The notes below the pieces were generated by a model. It saw only the letters and a list, made by a program, of their open reading frames with translations, was not told the DNA's origin and did not search any database. This document shows positions 30,420 to 42,354 of a stretch of DNA of 64,000 bases, one piece after another. The stretch is from an uncultured Actinomycetes bacterium (GTDB taxonomy: Bacteria; Actinomycetota; Actinomycetes; S36-B12; CAIYMF01): NCBI GenBank assembly GCA_963778785.1, contig CAVZVV010000010.1:20564-84563 (forward strand), read 5' to 3'. Both the position numbers and the translations under genes were made by a program. Every line of letters starts with the position of its first letter. Position 1 is the stretch's first letter.

Positions 30420-31855
30420 CTAGAGGATCGCGGCCGGGGTGTAGCCGGCTGCTTCGGGGTGCGCGGCCACCACGGCACCGACCGCCTCGACGACCGTGCG
30501 GACCTGGGCCCGCGCCGCGCCGGTGAAGTCGATCGGGTCGGCGACCAGCGCGTCGAGGTCCGCGCGGCTCAGCCCGAGGCGCTGGTCCGCGCGCCAGCCG
30601 GTCGAGCAGGTCGTTCTCGGCGTCCCCCTTCTCGCGCATCTCGAGGGCCACCGCGACCGCGTGCTCCTTGATGACCTCGTGCGCGGTCTCGCGGCCGACG
30701 CCGTGGCGCACCGCCGCGATGAGCACCTTCGTCGTGGCGAGGAACGGCAGGTAGCGGTCGAGCTCGCGGGCGATCACGGCCGGGAAGGCGCCGAACTCGT
30801 CGAGCACGGTCAGGAACGTCTCGAGCAGGCCGTCGATCGCGAAGAAGGCGTCGGGCAGGGCGACGCGGCGTACGACCGAGCAGGAGACGTCGCCCTCGTT
30901 CCACTGGTCGCCGGCGAGCTCGCCCATCATGGACAGTAGCCGCGCAGGATCACCGCGAAGCCGTTGACCCGCTCGCACGAGCGCGTGTTCATCTTGTGCG
31001 GCATCGCGGAGGAGCCCGACCTGGCCCGGCTGGAAACCCTCGGTGACGAGCTCGAGCCCGGCCATCAGCCGGATCGTCGTCGCCAGGCTCGACGGGGCTG
31101 CGGCCGCCTGCGACGAGGGCCGCGACGACGTCGACGTCGAGGCGACCGCGGGATAGACCTGGCCGACGCTCGTGAGCACCCGGGCGAACCCGAGGTGCTC
31201 GGCCACGCGCTGCTCGAGCGCGGCGAGTCGCACCTCGTCGCCGTCGAGCAGGTCGAGCATGTCCTGGGCGGTGCCGACCGGTCCCTTGATGCCGCGCAGC
31301 GGGTAGCGCGCGAGCAGCTCGTCGAGGCGGTCGTACGCGACCAGCAGCTCGTCCGCGGCGCTCGCGAACCGCTTGCCGAGCGTGGTCGTCTGGGCTGCGA
31401 CGTTGTGGGAGCGCCCGGTCAGCGGCAGGTCGGTGTACTGCACGGCGAGGGCGGCGAGCCGGGCGAGCAGCGCGACCAGCTTGTCGCGGACGATGAGCAG
31501 CGAGTCGCGCACCTGGAGCTGCTCGACGTTCTCGGTGAGGTCGCGGCTCGTCATGCCCTTGTGGATCTGCTCGTGCCCGGCGAGGGCGTTGAACTCCTCG
31601 ATCCGCGCCTTCACGTCGTGACGGGTGACTCGTTCGCGCGCCGCGATGCTGTCGAGGTCGACGTCGTCGAGGTGGGCGCTCGTAGGCCGTCTACCGCGTC
31701 GGCCGGGACGTCGACGCCGAGGTCGCGCTGCGCCTCGAGGACGGCGAGCCACAGACGTCGCTCCAGACGACCTTGTGCTCGGGCGACCACAGACCGGCCA
31801 TCGCCGCGGAGGCGTACCGGTTGGCGAGGACGTCGGGGATCTGCGCAGCGCTCAC
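30420..31855 (-). pseudogene. purB: Adenylosuccinate lyase, at least 5 frameshifts as sequenced
   Basis: GTG at 31855 (VSAAQIPDVLANRYASAAMAGLWSPEHKVV). LERRLWLAVLEAQRDLGVDVP is in another frame. The large middle is in ORF 30109..31752 (..GMTSRDLTENVEQLQ.., SSLATTIRLMAG.., ELAGDQWNEGDVSCSVVRRVALPDAFF). The C-terminus ..ADQRLGLSRADLDALVADPIDFTGAAR..YTPAAIL* is in a third frame and ends at 30420. Confidence 0.85.
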
Positions 31856-31960
31856 CCGGCCATCCTCCCGCATCGCCGCAGGCCCCGGACCCTCCCTCGC
31901 GCCCCCCGCGCGTCCCAACGCGCCCGCAAGGCGCCCCCACCGGCCCGCCCTCCGCCAGAA

Positions 31961-32061
31961 CCTCGTCCGTTGGTCCATGCCATGGACCAAGATGCCACTG
32001 AGGGTCCGGTACAGGGCTCCTCTACGGACCGCTGATCCAACCCATGGACCAACGGACGAGG
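31961..32061. repeat. 101-bp element with 19-bp perfect terminal inverted repeats (family 2) between purD and purB
   Basis: cctcgtccgttggtccatg (31961-31979) is the exact reverse complement of catggaccaacggacgagg (32043-32061). The left arm also abuts a 10-bp partner (ttggtccatg-c-catggaccaa). There is an internal ggtccg..cggacc stem. Confidence 0.9.
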
Positions 32062-32075
32062 GGGAGCGGGGGCGG

Positions 32076-33353
32076 TCAGGGCAGGTGGATCTCGCCGGCC
32101 TCGGCGGCGCGGGCGATGTCGCTTCGGTGCTGCCCCCCGGGCAGGCGGATCAGGGCGACGCCCTCGTAGGCCCGGGCGCGCGCGGAGGCGAGGTCGTCGC
32201 CCACGGCAGTCACGGCGAGCACCCGACCCCCCGACGAGCGCACGGTGCCGTCGGGATCTGCGGTGGTGCCCGCGTGCAGCACATCGACGCGGTCGAGGGC
32301 ACCGGCCGCGTCGATGCCGCCGATGGCGTCGCCGGTGCGCGGCGCCCCCGGGTAACCCTCGGCCGCAACCACGACCGTGACGGCGGAGCCGAGGCGCCAT
32401 ACCGGGTCGGGTTCCTCGTCGAGCCGGCCGCGCGCGGCCGCGCGCAGCAGGGTGCCGAGGCCGGACTCCAGCAGGGCCAGCACCGCCTCGGTCTCGGGGT
32501 CGCCGAAGCGGGCGTTGAACTCGACCACCCGCATTCCCCGGCTGGTGAGTGCGAGCCCCACGTAGAGCAACCCGGAGAAAGGGGTGCCCCGCCTGGACAT
32601 CTCGGTGAGGACGGGCTCAGCGACCCGCGCGACCACGTCGTCCGCGAGTCCTGCGGGTGCCCACGGCAGCGGTGCGTACGCGCCCATGCCACCGGTGTTC
32701 GGGCCCAGGTCGCCGTCGCCGATCCGTTTGAAGTCCTGTGCCGGCAGCAGCGGCACGGCCGAGATCCCGTCGCACACGACGAACAGGGAGACCTCCGGCC
32801 CGTCGAGGAACTCCTCGATGACGACGGCGCCGTCGGGCCGCTCGAGGCAGGCCGCTGCGTGGTCGGCGGCGGTCGTGCGGTCGTCGGTGACGACGACACC
32901 CTTCCCCGCGGCGAGCCCGTCGTCCTTGACGACGTAGGGGGCGCCGAACGCGTCGAGCGCCGCGGCCACCTCGTCCTGGGTCGTGCACACGTGCGCCATG
33001 GCGGTCGGCACCTGGGCGGCAGCCATGACCTCCTTGGCGAAGGCCTTGCTCCCTTCGAGCCGAGCAGCCTCTGCCGAGGGGCCGAAGCAGTCGATGCCAG
33101 CCGCGCGCACGTCGTCCGCGACGCCGAGGACGAGGGGCGCCTCTGCGCCGACGACGACTAGGTCGACGCCGAGGTCGCGCGCCAGGGCCGCGACCGCCCG
33201 CCCGTCGGAGGGGTCGACCGCCATCGTCGTCACGTCGTGGGCCATGCCGGCGTTGCCGGGCGCGGCGACCACGGACGCGACCGCCTGGTCGGCCATCACG
33301 GCGCGCACCAGGGCATGCTCGCGGGCCCCGGAGCCGAGGACCAGAACCTTCAT
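32076..33353 (-). CDS. purD: Phosphoribosylamine-glycine ligase
   Basis: Intact 425-aa ORF, MKVLVLGSGAREHAL.., with an ATP-grasp core. Confidence 0.95.
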   Translation of the reverse strand: MKVLVLGSGAREHALVRAVMADQAVASVVAAPGNAGMAHDVTTMAVDPSDGRAVAALARDLGVDLVVVGAEAPLVLGVADDVRAAGIDCFGPSAEAARLEGSKAFAKEVMAAAQVPTAMAHVCTTQDEVAAALDAFGAPYVVKDDGLAAGKGVVVTDDRTTAADHAAACLERPDGAVVIEEFLDGPEVSLFVVCDGISAVPLLPAQDFKRIGDGDLGPNTGGMGAYAPLPWAPAGLADDVVARVAEPVLTEMSRRGTPFSGLLYVGLALTSRGMRVVEFNARFGDPETEAVLALLESGLGTLLRAAARGRLDEEPDPVWRLGSAVTVVVAAEGYPGAPRTGDAIGGIDAAGALDRVDVLHAGTTADPDGTVRSSGGRVLAVTAVGDDLASARARAYEGVALIRLPGGQHRSDIARAAEAGEIHLP

Positions 33354-33413
33354 GCCGGGCAGGCTATCCCGGGACCGCTATCCGCCCGGGCGTGGCGTGC
33401 CCGGCCGTCCAGC

Positions 33414-33893
33414 TCAGTCCTGCACATCGAGTTCGGCGATCTGGGCAGCCACGAGCTCCCGGTCCTCGGCCTCCTCGATCTCGGCCAGGGCCGCGGTCGC
33501 GCGGTCGCGCCACTCTCGCGCGGCCGACCGGTCGCCGTCGGCCAGGAGCGCCCGTGCCATGCCCTCGGCGGTGGAGGCGGCCAGCCAGTCGGGTGCCTGC
33601 GGATAGGCGTCGCACCCAGCCGAGGCCAACCGGGCGTAGTGCACGGCGGGCCCACCGCGCCCGGCGGCGGCGTAGGCGCGGGCCAGCAGCCAGTCGCCCA
33701 CGATCTTCTGCTCTGGGCCGCCGATCACTCCCCAGTGCCACCGCGAGGCGTGCGCCGCGTGCACCAGTGCCTCGTCCTGGAGCGGCGAGCGGCCCGGAGT
33801 CTCGAGCAGGTCCCACACATGGTTGTACAGGGCCGCGGCGACGCGGCGCTCGGTCTCGGGGTCCAGGACGGTCACGGGTGCGGGCTCGGCCAT
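33414..33893 (-). CDS. Conserved hypothetical protein (159 aa)
   Basis: The ATG at 33893 within ORF 33414..34010 gives MAEPAPVTVLDPETERRVAAALYNHVWDLLE... The composition is coding-like and helical. I recognise no domain. Confidence 0.6.
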   Translation of the reverse strand: MAEPAPVTVLDPETERRVAAALYNHVWDLLETPGRSPLQDEALVHAAHASRWHWGVIGGPEQKIVGDWLLARAYAAAGRGGPAVHYARLASAGCDAYPQAPDWLAASTAEGMARALLADGDRSAAREWRDRATAALAEIEEAEDRELVAAQIAELDVQD

Positions 33894-33987
33894 GGCGGGC
33901 AGGCTAGCGGGCCGCCCACCCGGACGTCCGCACGTCAGTGGCCGTCCCCCCGCCGGAGGACGAGCCGCTGGCCCAGCGGGATGAGGC

Positions 33988-35334
33988 TCAGCCCTCGTAG
34001 CAGGAACCAATCGCGGCGAAGGCCTCGTCGAGGGCTGCGAGACCCTCCTTGGCCTCCTCGGCCGACACCGTGCACGGCGGGACGACGTGCAGACGGTTGA
34101 AGTTCATGAACGGCATCACGCCGCGCTTCTTGAGCTCGGCTCCGAGCTGCGCCATGGCGGGGGAGGAGCCGCCGTACGGCGCGAGCCCCTCGCGCGTCTC
34201 CCGGTTGCGCACGAGGTCCAGCGCCCAGAAGACTCCGAGGCCTCGCACTTCGCCGATCACCTGGTGCCGCTCGGCCAGATCGCGCAGCCCAGGCCCGAGC
34301 ACGTCCTCACCGATCCGCGCGGCGTTCTCGACAATCCCCTCGGCCTTGAACGCGTCGATGCTGCCGACGATCGACGCGCACGCGAGGGGGTGCCCGCTGT
34401 AGGTGAGGCCGCCGGGGAAGACCCGGTCGTCGAAGGTGGCCGCGATCGGGTCGGAGATGATGACGCCGCCGACGGGAACGTAGCCGGAGTTCGAGCCCTT
34501 GGCGAACGTGATGAGATCCGGCACCACGTCGAAGTGCTCGAACGCGAACCACCTCCCCGTGCGGCCGAATCCCGCCATCACCTCGTCCAGGATGAGGACG
34601 ATGCCGAACTCGTCGCACAGCGCGCGCACCCCGGGCAGGTAGCCGGCCGGCGGGATCAGCACGCCCGCGGTGCCGACGATGGTCTCGAGCAGGATCGTCG
34701 CGATCGTGTCGGGGCCCTCGAACGTGATGACGTCGCGCAGGTGGGCCAGCGCGCGCTCGGTCTCCTCCTCGTCCGTCTGCGCCCAGAAATGGGTGCGGTA
34801 CAGGTACGGCCCGAAGAAGTGCACGTGGCCGTCCGCGTACTCGTTCGGCCAGCGGCGCGGGTCGCCGGTGGAGACGATCGCCGCTCCGGTGTTCCCGTGG
34901 TACGAGCGGTAGGTGCTCAGCACCTTGCGGCGCCCCGTGTGCAGGCGGGCCATCCGGATCGCGTTCTCGTTGGCGTCCGCGCCGCCGTTGGTGAAGAAGA
35001 TCTTGTTCATGCCCTCGGGTGCGAGCTCGGCGATCCGGTGCGCGGCCTCGCCCCGCACGTCGTTGGCGTGCTGCGGCGCCACGGTGGCGAGCCTGCCGGC
35101 CTGCTCCTGGATCGCCTTCACGACGGCTGGGTGCTGGTGGCCGATGTTGGTGTTGACCAGCTGCGAGGAGAAGTCGAGGTAGCGGTTGCCGTCGTAGTCC
35201 CAGACGTAGGAGCCCTCGGCGGCCGCGATGGCCATCGGCGCCAGCGCGCCCTGAGCGCTCCACGAGTGGAAGACGTGGGCGCGGTCGAGGTCCAGCACGT
35301 GACGGCCCGCATCGGGGTTGGCGTCGTAGCTCAT
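33988..35334 (-). CDS. Class-III (omega-type) PLP-dependent aminotransferase
   Basis: ATG at 35334 (MSYDANPD..). Motifs [34 protein letters not shown], and [14 protein letters not shown] (PLP Lys). Confidence 0.85.
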   Translation of the reverse strand: MSYDANPDAGRHVLDLDRAHVFHSWSAQGALAPMAIAAAEGSYVWDYDGNRYLDFSSQLVNTNIGHQHPAVVKAIQEQAGRLATVAPQHANDVRGEAAHRIAELAPEGMNKIFFTNGGADANENAIRMARLHTGRRKVLSTYRSYHGNTGAAIVSTGDPRRWPNEYADGHVHFFGPYLYRTHFWAQTDEEETERALAHLRDVITFEGPDTIATILLETIVGTAGVLIPPAGYLPGVRALCDEFGIVLILDEVMAGFGRTGRWFAFEHFDVVPDLITFAKGSNSGYVPVGGVIISDPIAATFDDRVFPGGLTYSGHPLACASIVGSIDAFKAEGIVENAARIGEDVLGPGLRDLAERHQVIGEVRGLGVFWALDLVRNRETREGLAPYGGSSPAMAQLGAELKKRGVMPFMNFNRLHVVPPCTVSAEEAKEGLAALDEAFAAIGSCYEG

Positions 35335-35516
35335 GGGTCGGGCTCCTGCGGGTGAGGCGGGACGGCGCCCCACCGCGGGAAGCGGGTGGACGCGCGCCGG
35401 CCGGGCGGACGGCGAGCACGGGGCCGCGCGGGCCCGGTCCCCCGAGAGTACGCAGCGACGGGATCCTCCGCGGCTCCGCACCCTGTCAGCCCATGCACTG
35501 CCACCCCGACACCCTG

Positions 35517-36656
35517 TCAGCCTCCCGGTGGCAACCGGATCCTGCCCGCTGACTCGCTCGAGGCCAAGCGGGCCAGCAGCGCCGCCTGGACGGCGGGCCA
35601 CTCCTCGGCTGTGGTCGAGAAGATCACGGTGTCCCGAACGGACCCGTCGGCCCGGCGCTGGTACCTCCGCAGCACCCCCTCGTAGCGGGCCCCGAGGCGC
35701 GCGATCGCCTGCTGGCTCCGGTGGTTGCGCACATCGGTCTTGAGCTGCATCCGTCCGAACCCGGCCTGCTCGAACGCGTACGCGAGCAGCAGCAGCTTGC
35801 ACTCGGGGTTCACACGGGTGCCCCACACGCCGGTGGCATACGTCGTGGATCCGATCTCGCCGCGCGCGTCGACTGGTGCCACCTCGAGGTAGGACGTGGT
35901 CCCGACGATGTCGCCGGCGGCCCAACCGCCGACGGGCTCCAGCAGGCGAACGGTCCACGGCCACCAGGACGGCTGGTCGCGCTTCCACCGGACGAGTGCG
36001 GCCATGTCCTCGGCCGTCGAAGGGCGCCCGGCGACGTGCGCCCACACCCGCGGGTCGTCCAGCGCGGCGAACAGGCCAGCGGCGTCGGCATCCGGGTCGC
36101 TCGTCGTGAGCTCCACGGTGCGCCCGCGGAGCACCGTGCCCGGCGCCGGCGGCCAGCCGGCTTGCGGCCATGGGACGTCGTCCGGGCGGGCATCGGTCCG
36201 CGGCCTGAAGGCCACCGTCGTCGTCGTCCTCGACATCAGCACGTGGTCGTCGTGCCTGCCGTCGACGGCGAACCCGATGGCGGTGTGGAAGGCGACCGAC
36301 CGCTCGTTGACGACATGGGTGATGCACCGCACCGTGGGGCGTCCGTCGCCAGCCATCTCGGCAGCGAACCGGTCGTGCAGCTCGCGCCCCAGCCCACTGC
36401 CGCGCAGGTCGGGGCGCACTCCGACGAAGTGCACGTACGCCTCTCCCGGGCGCGCCGGTGAGGCGAAGCCGACGAGGAACCCGCCGAGGCCCGCGTCGTC
36501 CTCGGCCACGAGGCTCGTCGGTGCGAAGTGCTCGAGGAAGAGCGGCTGGAGCAGGGCGCGCATCTCGCGGCCGCCCCACCACTCGTCGACGACAGCCCCG
36601 ATGAGGTCGTCGTCGTCAGGGCGGGCCGGTCGGATGCGGAGAGTCACCCGCGACAT
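35517..36656 (-). CDS. Fused double GNAT N-acetyltransferase
   Basis: The N-terminal GNAT has RGSGLGRELHDRF (the Q/RxxGxG/A motif). The second half is RimJ/RimL-like (..GTTSYLEVAPVDARGEIGSTTYATGVWGTRVNPECKLLLLAYAFEQAGFGRMQLKTDVRNHRSQQAIARLGARYEGVLR). Confidence 0.75.
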   Translation of the reverse strand: MSRVTLRIRPARPDDDDLIGAVVDEWWGGREMRALLQPLFLEHFAPTSLVAEDDAGLGGFLVGFASPARPGEAYVHFVGVRPDLRGSGLGRELHDRFAAEMAGDGRPTVRCITHVVNERSVAFHTAIGFAVDGRHDDHVLMSRTTTTVAFRPRTDARPDDVPWPQAGWPPAPGTVLRGRTVELTTSDPDADAAGLFAALDDPRVWAHVAGRPSTAEDMAALVRWKRDQPSWWPWTVRLLEPVGGWAAGDIVGTTSYLEVAPVDARGEIGSTTYATGVWGTRVNPECKLLLLAYAFEQAGFGRMQLKTDVRNHRSQQAIARLGARYEGVLRRYQRRADGSVRDTVIFSTTAEEWPAVQAALLARLASSESAGRIRLPPGG

Positions 36657-36678
36657 CTTCGCCCAGCCTGGGGCGGCT

Positions 36679-36699
36679 CGCGTCGACCTATTCGACGCG
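36679..36699 (-). terminator. Hairpin downstream of purA
   Basis: cgcgtcga-cctat-tcgacgcg is an 8-bp perfect stem, 27 nt after the purA stop. Confidence 0.45.
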
Positions 36700-36725
36700 G
36701 GGGCACCTTGATGCGGGTTGGGGGG

Positions 36726-38017
<1,292 letters not shown>

Positions 38018-38125
38018 GCCTGCTCCCTCGGTGCGGGCGCCCGCGCGGTACGGAGGCCTCGTGGTCGTTCGCACCGGGAACCCCGTCGGTGCGCCCAGAG
38101 AGTACCGGCCCGGCGGGGCCGGGTG

Positions 38126-38559
38126 TCACCCGCGCGGGCGTCGAGCCCTCGAGCTCCGCAGCGGCCGCGGGCGAGGAGTCGCGCAGGAACTGCGCGCAGC
38201 GCTCGGCCTCGTCCTGTTCGCCGATCGCGTCGGCGGCGCGCGCCGAGCGCGTGCAGGCAGCGCAGGAAGCCGCGGTTCGGCTCGTGCTCCCACGGCACCG
38301 GTCCGTGGCCCTTCCAGCCGCTGCGGCGCAGGGCGTCGAGGCCGCGGTGGTAGCCGGTGCGGGCGAAGGCGTACGACCCGATGATGTCGTCCTCGTTCCA
38401 GGACAGATCCGCGAGCGTGGCCCAGGCCAGGCTGCTGGCCGGGAACTCCGCGCACACCACGGCGGGCGGCTCGCCGGCCGCGAGCGCCTCGCGCGGGCCC
38501 GGGTCGTCGGGGAGCAGGGTGGGCGGAGGGCCGCCGAGGAGGTCCTGGTGGAGGGTCAT
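38126..38559 (-). pseudogene. DUF3151-family protein, at least 1 frameshift as sequenced (3' end uncertain)
   Basis: [63 protein letters not shown], then frame loss near 38255. The plausible continuation [25 protein letters not shown] is in another frame. Confidence 0.65.
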
Positions 38560-38593
38560 GCGTCCATCCTGCACCGCGGCGGGCGACAGGGGG

Positions 38594-39623
38594 TCAGGAG
38601 GCGCCGGGAGGGAGGCGGTGGGAACGCCGTGCGAGGGTCAGCGCGAAGTCGCCGGCAGCGTCGGTGTAGACCCGGTCGACGTCGAAGCCCGCCGCGCACA
38701 GCTCGGCGCCGACGCCAGGCAGCAGGAACTTCGTGGAGATCTCCACGCGGATCTCCTCGCCCTCGACCAGGTCGAGCTCGAGGTCGGCGCCGCGCACGTG
38801 CACCCGGTGCGAGCGCTGCGCCCGCAACCTAAGGTCCATCCGATGCTCGCGGGGGTCCCACCACGCCACGTACGCGAAGTCGTCGGTGTCGAAGTCGGCG
38901 TCGAGCTCGCGGTCGAGCACGTTCAGGCTGTTGAGGATGAAGCGCTCGGTGACGCCGCCGGGGTCGTCGTAGGCGGCGATGAGGCGGTCGGCGGACTTGA
39001 CCAGGTCGGTACCCAGGAGCAGCCACTCACCGGGTTCCATGCCGTCGGGCGAGGTCGGCGAGGAAGGCGGCCCGGTCGTCCGGGTCGAAGTTCCCGATGG
39101 TGCCGCCCAGGAACGCGACGAGCCGCCGCCCGGGCCGCGGCAGCCGGTCGAGGTGCTCGGTGAAGTCGGCGACGACGGCCTCGACCCGCAAGCCGGGGTA
39201 CCGCTCGGCGATATCGGCGGCCGCCACCCGCAGGGTGCTCTCGGAGACGTCGACAGGCACGAACCAGCCGAGCTGGCCGGTGGCGGTGAGAGAGTCGAGC
39301 AGCGTGCGGGTCTTGTCGGACGTGCCGCTGCCGAGCTCGACGAGGGCCGTGGCGCCCGTGCGGGCGGCGATGGCGTCGCTCTCGCGCCGCAGGATCTCGC
39401 GCTCCCGCTCGGTGGGGTAGTACTCCGGCAGCCGGGTGATCTCCTCGAACAGGGCCGAGCCCACGTCGTCGTAGAGCCAGTGCGGGGTGATCCACCGCGG
39501 CTGCGAGCCGAGGCCCGCGCGCACGTCGCTGAGCACGCGCGTGGCTGCCCAGGCCGGATCCAGGAGCACCCGGACGAGCGGGGCGACGACGGCCGGCTCC
39601 TCGGCCCGCGCGGCGCTGCTCAT
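38594..39623 (-). pseudogene. egtD: L-histidine N-alpha-methyltransferase (ergothioneine pathway), 1 frameshift near 39040 as sequenced
   Basis: The N-terminal two-thirds are in ORF 39027..40799 (..PRWITPHWLYDDVGSALFEEITRLPEYYPTEREREIL..VELGSGTSDKT..AFLGGTIGNF). The C-terminal third is in ORF 38594..39040. The ATG overlaps the egtB stop (ATGA). Confidence 0.8.
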
Positions 39624-40987
39624 CGGACGTCGCCGCCGGGTCCGCCGGCGGCGGCGAGCCGCACGCCGGACATCGCCCAGCGCGCCGCGTGCGGGAAGAA
39701 GTTGCGGTACGTGGCCCGCGCATGCTGGCTCGGCGTGAGTGACGCACGCGCCCCCACGCAGCACCATCTGGTTCGGACATGAACTTGCCGTTGTACTCCC
39801 CGACGGCGCCCGGCAGCGGCGCGGAATCCCGGATAGGGGTGGTACGCCGACGAGGTCCACTCCCAGCAGTCGCCGTACGCCTGGCGCAGCGCCGCCGGTG
39901 GGCGGCCCGGCGCGGACGTGGGTGGAAGGTCTGCTCGTCCTCGAGGTCGCGCCTCGACCGGTCGCCCGGCCACAGCGTGCTCCCACTCGGCCTCGGTGGG
40001 AAGCCGCTTGCCCGCCCAGCTGGCGAAGGCCTCGGCCTCGTAGAAGCTCACGTGGCACACGGGCGTCGCGGGGTCGACCGTCCGCGGTGCCGTGCAGCGT
40101 GTGCTCGACCCAGCTGTCGCCGTCGCGGCTCCAGTACAGCGGCGCGCACCAGCCCTCGGCCTTCACCGCTGGCCCACCCGTCGGACAGCCACAGCTCGGA
40201 GCGCCGGTACCCGTCGTCGGCGATGAAGTCCATCCACTCGCCGTTCGTGACCAGCCGGTCGGCGAGGCGGAACGGCTCGAGCGCACGTGCGGTGCCGGGG
40301 CGACTCGTTGTCGAAGGCGAACGACGCGAGCGGATCGGCGCCGGCGACGCGGTCGAGGCCCACCTCGACGAGGCCGCCGTCGAAGTCGACCCAGCCCATG
40401 GCCGTAGGGATCACGTCGGCAGACGTGGTGCCGGCGTACGCGGGCCGGAGCGGGTTGATGCTCAGCACGTGCTTGATGTCCATGAGCAGGAGCTCCTGGT
40501 GCTGCTGCTCGTGGTGCAGGCCCAGCTCGACGGTGTCGGCACTGTCCTCGAGCGCCACGGCCCCGCCACTGGCGAGCACCGCCCTCATCCGGGCGTCGAC
40601 GTTGGCGCGGTACGCAGCCACCTCCGCGATGCCGGGGCGCGACACGAGCCCTCGGTGTGGCCGGCTGAAGCGCGGCCCGAGGGTCTCGTAGTAGCTGTTG
40701 AACAGGAACCAGAAGCGCTCGTCGTACGCCGAGAACGCAGGCTCGAGGCGCGCGAGCAGGAACGTCTCGAAGAACCACGTGACGTGGGCCCGGTGCCACT
40801 TCGTGGGCGACACGTCGGGCATCGACTGCACCGTCTGGTCTTCTGCCGACAGCCGCGCGGCGAGCGCCTCGGTGTGCGCCCGGACCTCGTCGTACCGTGC
40901 GGCGAGCCGCACCCTGAGCGCGTTCTCCTCCCCCGGTGTTCCGCCCGCGGTCCCCTGGCGGTGCGTGGCGTCGAGCGTGGACGACAT
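39620..40987 (-). pseudogene. egtB: Ergothioneine sulfoxide synthase (DinB_2 plus FGE-sulfatase domains), at least 5 frameshifts in the 3' half as sequenced
   Basis: The N-terminal half is in ORF 40163..41089 (..[47 protein letters not shown]). Later parts are [20 protein letters not shown] (ORF 40048..40233), [25 protein letters not shown] and [14 protein letters not shown] (ORF 39027..40799), and [65 protein letters not shown] (ORF 39620..40060). Confidence 0.8.
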
Positions 40988-41012
40988 GGGATCACCTCCC
41001 GGCCGGGCCAGG

Positions 41013-42302
41013 TTAACCCGCCCCACCGACGGTTGCACCGTCCTCGACGGGACGGGCCCCCGCCTCGGCGCAGGCCACGGCCGGCGCACCCTGAGGCGCC
41101 CAGCCCGCGGCCGGGGCGGTGCGTCGCAACAGCCGCGGGGCCGTGAGGATCAGGGTCGCCGCGCACGCGGCGGCGGACGCGAAGAACACCCCGCGCGCCC
41201 CGAGGATCCCGACGAGGAGCCCCCCGAGGACGAGGGCGCCGACGCAGGCGGCCTGGTACGCGCCGCCCAGGGCCGCGAAGACCCGCCCGCGCACCTCGTC
41301 CGGCGAGCGGCGCACGGTGATCACCTGGCCGCTCACGCTCAGCACCCCGTTGCCCACGCCCACGACCGCGGACGCGGCGCCGGCGACGGCCACCGACGGG
41401 GCCGCACCCACCAGGGCGATCGCTGCGGTGAGCACGGCGGCACCCACGACGAGGAGCCGCGCCTGGGTGGCCTCGCGGACGGCCCGTCCGGCGAGCTGGT
41501 TGCCCGCCAGCATGCCGAGAGCGAACACGGCGCCGACCACGCCGTACACCGTGGGCGACGCCCCCAGCGCGACTGTGAGCAGCAGCACCTCGACCACGTT
41601 GACCGCCCCGAGCGCGAGGACGAACAGCACGAGCATGACCACGACGGCCCCGAGCACCGGGTCGCTGCCGATCACCCGGAACCCCTCCCACGCCGACGGC
41701 TTCTCGGTCTGCCCGCGCGGTGCCGGCACGCGGGGGTGGCGCAGGAGCAGTGCCGCGACCACGACCACCAGGAACGACCACGCGTCGAGCAGGAGGGGCC
41801 ACGCCGCGCCCAGCGTCCCCACCAGGAACCCGGCCATCGCGGGCGCCACCACGAGCGACGCCGTCATCGCCGACTGCACGGCCCCGACCGCCCGCGGCAC
41901 CTCGTCCGGCGGGACCAGGGTGGGGACCAGGGCCGACCAGGCCGGCCCGGCCAGCGCCTGGGCGCAGGAGATGGCCGCGACGAGCACAAGAAGCGCGCCG
42001 AGGGGCGCGCCGACGACGAGGGCGCCGGCGAGCGCTGCCGCCGCGGCGGCTTGCACGAGACCGGTCCCGACCAGCGCCGTGCGGGTGGGGAGGCGGTCGG
42101 CGAGCAGGCCCGCCCAGGGGGCGAGGACGAGCAGGGGCACCGCGCCGGCCATGAGCGCCGCGGCCACGCCGCGCCCGTCGGCGGTGCGCGCGAGGTGGAG
42201 GAGCAGCGCAACGATTGCCATCTCGTCCCCCGCGGCCGACACCGCCCGGGCGAGCGCGGCGAGCCGCACGTCCCGTGGTAGCCGCGCAGACGTGAAGGTC
42301 AT
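41013..42302 (-). CDS. MFS transporter (12-TM type)
   Basis: Intact 429-aa hydrophobic ORF with an MFS-like loop motif (LLADRLPTR). It ends 25 nt upstream of egtB on the same strand. Confidence 0.8.
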   Translation of the reverse strand: MTFTSARLPRDVRLAALARAVSAAGDEMAIVALLLHLARTADGRGVAAALMAGAVPLLVLAPWAGLLADRLPTRTALVGTGLVQAAAAAALAGALVVGAPLGALLVLVAAISCAQALAGPAWSALVPTLVPPDEVPRAVGAVQSAMTASLVVAPAMAGFLVGTLGAAWPLLLDAWSFLVVVVAALLLRHPRVPAPRGQTEKPSAWEGFRVIGSDPVLGAVVVMLVLFVLALGAVNVVEVLLLTVALGASPTVYGVVGAVFALGMLAGNQLAGRAVREATQARLLVVGAAVLTAAIALVGAAPSVAVAGAASAVVGVGNGVLSVSGQVITVRRSPDEVRGRVFAALGGAYQAACVGALVLGGLLVGILGARGVFFASAAACAATLILTAPRLLRRTAPAAGWAPQGAPAVACAEAGARPVEDGATVGGAG

Positions 42303-42332
42303 GCTTCGAAACTAGCCCTTCACATCTGGCGG

Positions 42333-42352
42333 GTCAACCCTCTAGGGTCGAC
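42333..42352. promoter_or_regulatory. Inverted repeat, candidate ArsR-type operator in the MFS/ArsR divergent region
   Basis: gtcaaccct-ct-agggtcgac has 9-bp arms with 1 mismatch. It lies immediately upstream of the ArsR start and about 30 nt from the MFS start. Confidence 0.4.
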
Positions 42353-42354
42353 AC

